Below, in pieces: positions 43,987-45,049 of a DNA stretch of 45,049 bases. The notes beneath the pieces are model-generated. The model saw only the letters and a list, made by a program, of their open reading frames with translations, searched no databases and had not been told where the DNA came from. The translations under genes and the position numbers were made by a program. The number at the start of each line of letters is the position of its first letter. Within the stretch, counting starts at the first letter, position 1. Origin of the DNA: an uncultured Bacilli bacterium (GTDB lineage Bacteria > Bacillota_I > Bacilli_A > RF39 > UBA660); NCBI GenBank assembly GCA_944371315.1, contig CALVXN010000004.1, forward strand, positions 1 to 45,049, given 5' to 3'.

Positions 43987-44892
43987 ATGCCAGAAATTTT
44001 ATTTGCATTATTAATACTATTATTAATAATAGTTATTCCAAATATAAAAATTGTTCCACAAGCAAAAAGCTATGTTATTGAAAGATTAGGCTCTTATTAT
44101 ACAACTTGGCAAAATGGATTACATTTTAAAATACCATTTATAGACTCAATTTCAAATAAAGTATCATTAAAAGAAACTGTAAAAGATTTTGCACCTCAAC
44201 CAGTAATTACAAAAGATAACGTAACAATGCAAATTGATACAGTAGTATATTTTCAAATAACAGATGCTAAATTATATACTTATGGAGTAGATTATCCAAT
44301 AAGTGCAATAGAAAATTTAACAGCAACAACTCTAAGAAACATAATAGGAGAATTAGAACTTGACCAAACACTTACAAGTAGGGATATAATTAACTCAAAA
44401 ATGCGTGCAATATTAGACGAAGCAACAGACCCTTGGGGAATAAAAGTAAATCGTGTTGAAGTAAAAAATATTTTACCTCCAAGAGATATTCAAGATGCAA
44501 TGGAAAAGCAAATGCGTGCAGAAAGAGAAAGAAGAGAAAAAATACTACAGGCTGAAGGTGAAAAAAAATCAAGTATTCTTATTGCAGAAGGAGAAAAAGA
44601 AAGCACAATATTGCGTGCAGAAGCTCAAAAAATGAGTCAAATCAAAATAGCTGAAGGACAAGCAGAAGCACTATTAAAAATAAAAGAAGCAGAAGCAGAA
44701 GGATTGAGATTATTGAAAGAAGCAAAAGCTGATGAATCAGTTTTAAGACTTAAAAGCTATGAAACATTAGCAAAAGTAGCAGATGGTAAATCTACAAAAA
44801 TTATAGTTCCTGCTGAATTACAAGGTGTAGCAACGTTTGGAACCATGATTAAAGAGACTATAGAAGAAAAAGATAAAAAAGATAAAAATTAG
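43987..44892 (+). CDS. SPFH/band-7 (stomatin-like) protein
   Basis: N-terminal TM helix, IVPQAKSYVIERLG, VITKDNVTMQIDTVVYFQI, GIKVNRVEVKNI, and an A/E-rich coiled coil. AAGGAG RBS precedes ATG 43987. Confidence 0.9.
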   Translation: MPEILFALLILLLIIVIPNIKIVPQAKSYVIERLGSYYTTWQNGLHFKIPFIDSISNKVSLKETVKDFAPQPVITKDNVTMQIDTVVYFQITDAKLYTYGVDYPISAIENLTATTLRNIIGELELDQTLTSRDIINSKMRAILDEATDPWGIKVNRVEVKNILPPRDIQDAMEKQMRAERERREKILQAEGEKKSSILIAEGEKESTILRAEAQKMSQIKIAEGQAEALLKIKEAEAEGLRLLKEAKADESVLRLKSYETLAKVADGKSTKIIVPAELQGVATFGTMIKETIEEKDKKDKN

Positions 44893-44905
44893 TTATGAAA
44901 AAAAG

Positions 44906-44932
44906 ACATATTATTGAATTAATATGTTTTTT
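44906..44932 (+). terminator. Rho-independent terminator after the SPFH gene
   Basis: ACATATTA (44906-44913) pairs with TAATATGT (44920-44927), followed by a T-run. Confidence 0.55.
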
Positions 44933-45049
44933 AATGCCCAGGTGTTGCATTTCAAATTTAAATTAACATTTATTGATGAAGTAAAGTAAATGTTGGAAAA
45001 ATTTTAGAGAAAATACAAGTTATACAATTAATTTGTATTTTTTTTATAA

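Noticed and set aside
52-44572. Short ORFs of about 60-110 aa in the track lying antisense to or inside larger genes. Examples: 52-291, 956-1177, 4743-4985, 6189-6392, 7450-7713, 9315-9509, 10504-10707, 10879-11091, 15209-15469, 15755-16006, 18164-18400, 25784-26002, 27935-28207, 28523-28729, 28776-28976, 29796-29978, 30034-30273, 34585-34851, 35314-35640, 35640-35876, 36510-36797, 37162-37365, 40684-40866, 40949-41206, 41497-41742, 42210-42473, 43508-43750, 44390-44572.
   Set aside because: Each is fully or largely contained within a longer ORF on the other strand or frame that has clear family motifs. They have low-complexity F/I/L/S/N-rich translations typical of antisense frames in AT-rich DNA and no RBS.
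44933-45049. AT-rich hairpins after the SPFH terminator (AACATTTA...TAAATGTT and ATACAA...TTGTAT followed by a T-run), considered as a small RNA or a second terminator.
   Set aside because: The stems are short and almost purely A-T with long loops. The window ends here, so the context cannot be judged.
1-45049. tRNA, rRNA, tmRNA or other structured RNA genes.
   Set aside because: No G/C-rich segment of suitable length interrupts the AT-rich sequence. Apart from 3907-4302 and the window end, all intergenic gaps are no longer than about 110 nt and are accounted for by promoters and terminators.

Overview
This is a very AT-rich chromosomal segment (by eye roughly three-quarters A+T, not computed) from an endospore-forming Firmicute. 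Local gene order is Bacilli-like: rpsP-khpA, polA-mutM, yqeG-yqeH, yceD-rpmF and nfeD-SPFH. Sporulation genes are present: a cotE homologue, an intact pro-sigK, and a gerA-type germinant receptor operon. I call about 43 protein-coding genes and see no tRNA, rRNA, CRISPR array, transposase or integrase. Most of the window is housekeeping: two ABC transporters, CapA, HIT, cysteine synthase, RumA-type methyltransferase, GNATs, HD and MBL hydrolases, DedA and MutL. The standout is 6.5-16.7 kb, which sits between the rpsP-khpA terminator and polA. It holds three paralogous giant ORFs (1135, 1201 and 775 aa) arranged around sigK. All three share a capping unit starting FWxNF, a variable number (about 12, 7 and 2) of a ~78-aa all-helical tandem repeat, and a conserved C-terminal sigma-region-4/YlxM-like HTH domain. 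Two of them also carry a complete sigma-70 domain (regions 1.2-4.2) behind a shared novel N-terminal domain, and one of these is clearly primary-sigma (RpoD/SigA)-like. I cannot assign the repeat to any described family from memory, and it looks like an undescribed sigma-factor fusion system. Secondary observations are a Cys-rich leader peptide plus terminator/antiterminator upstream of cysteine synthase, and a 24-nt motif shared by the cysK-upstream region and the cotE promoter region. There is also a perfect 52-nt tandem duplication at the sigma-gene/polA junction, 47-nt exact in-frame intragenic repeats, and a GNAT gene split at an A7 run.
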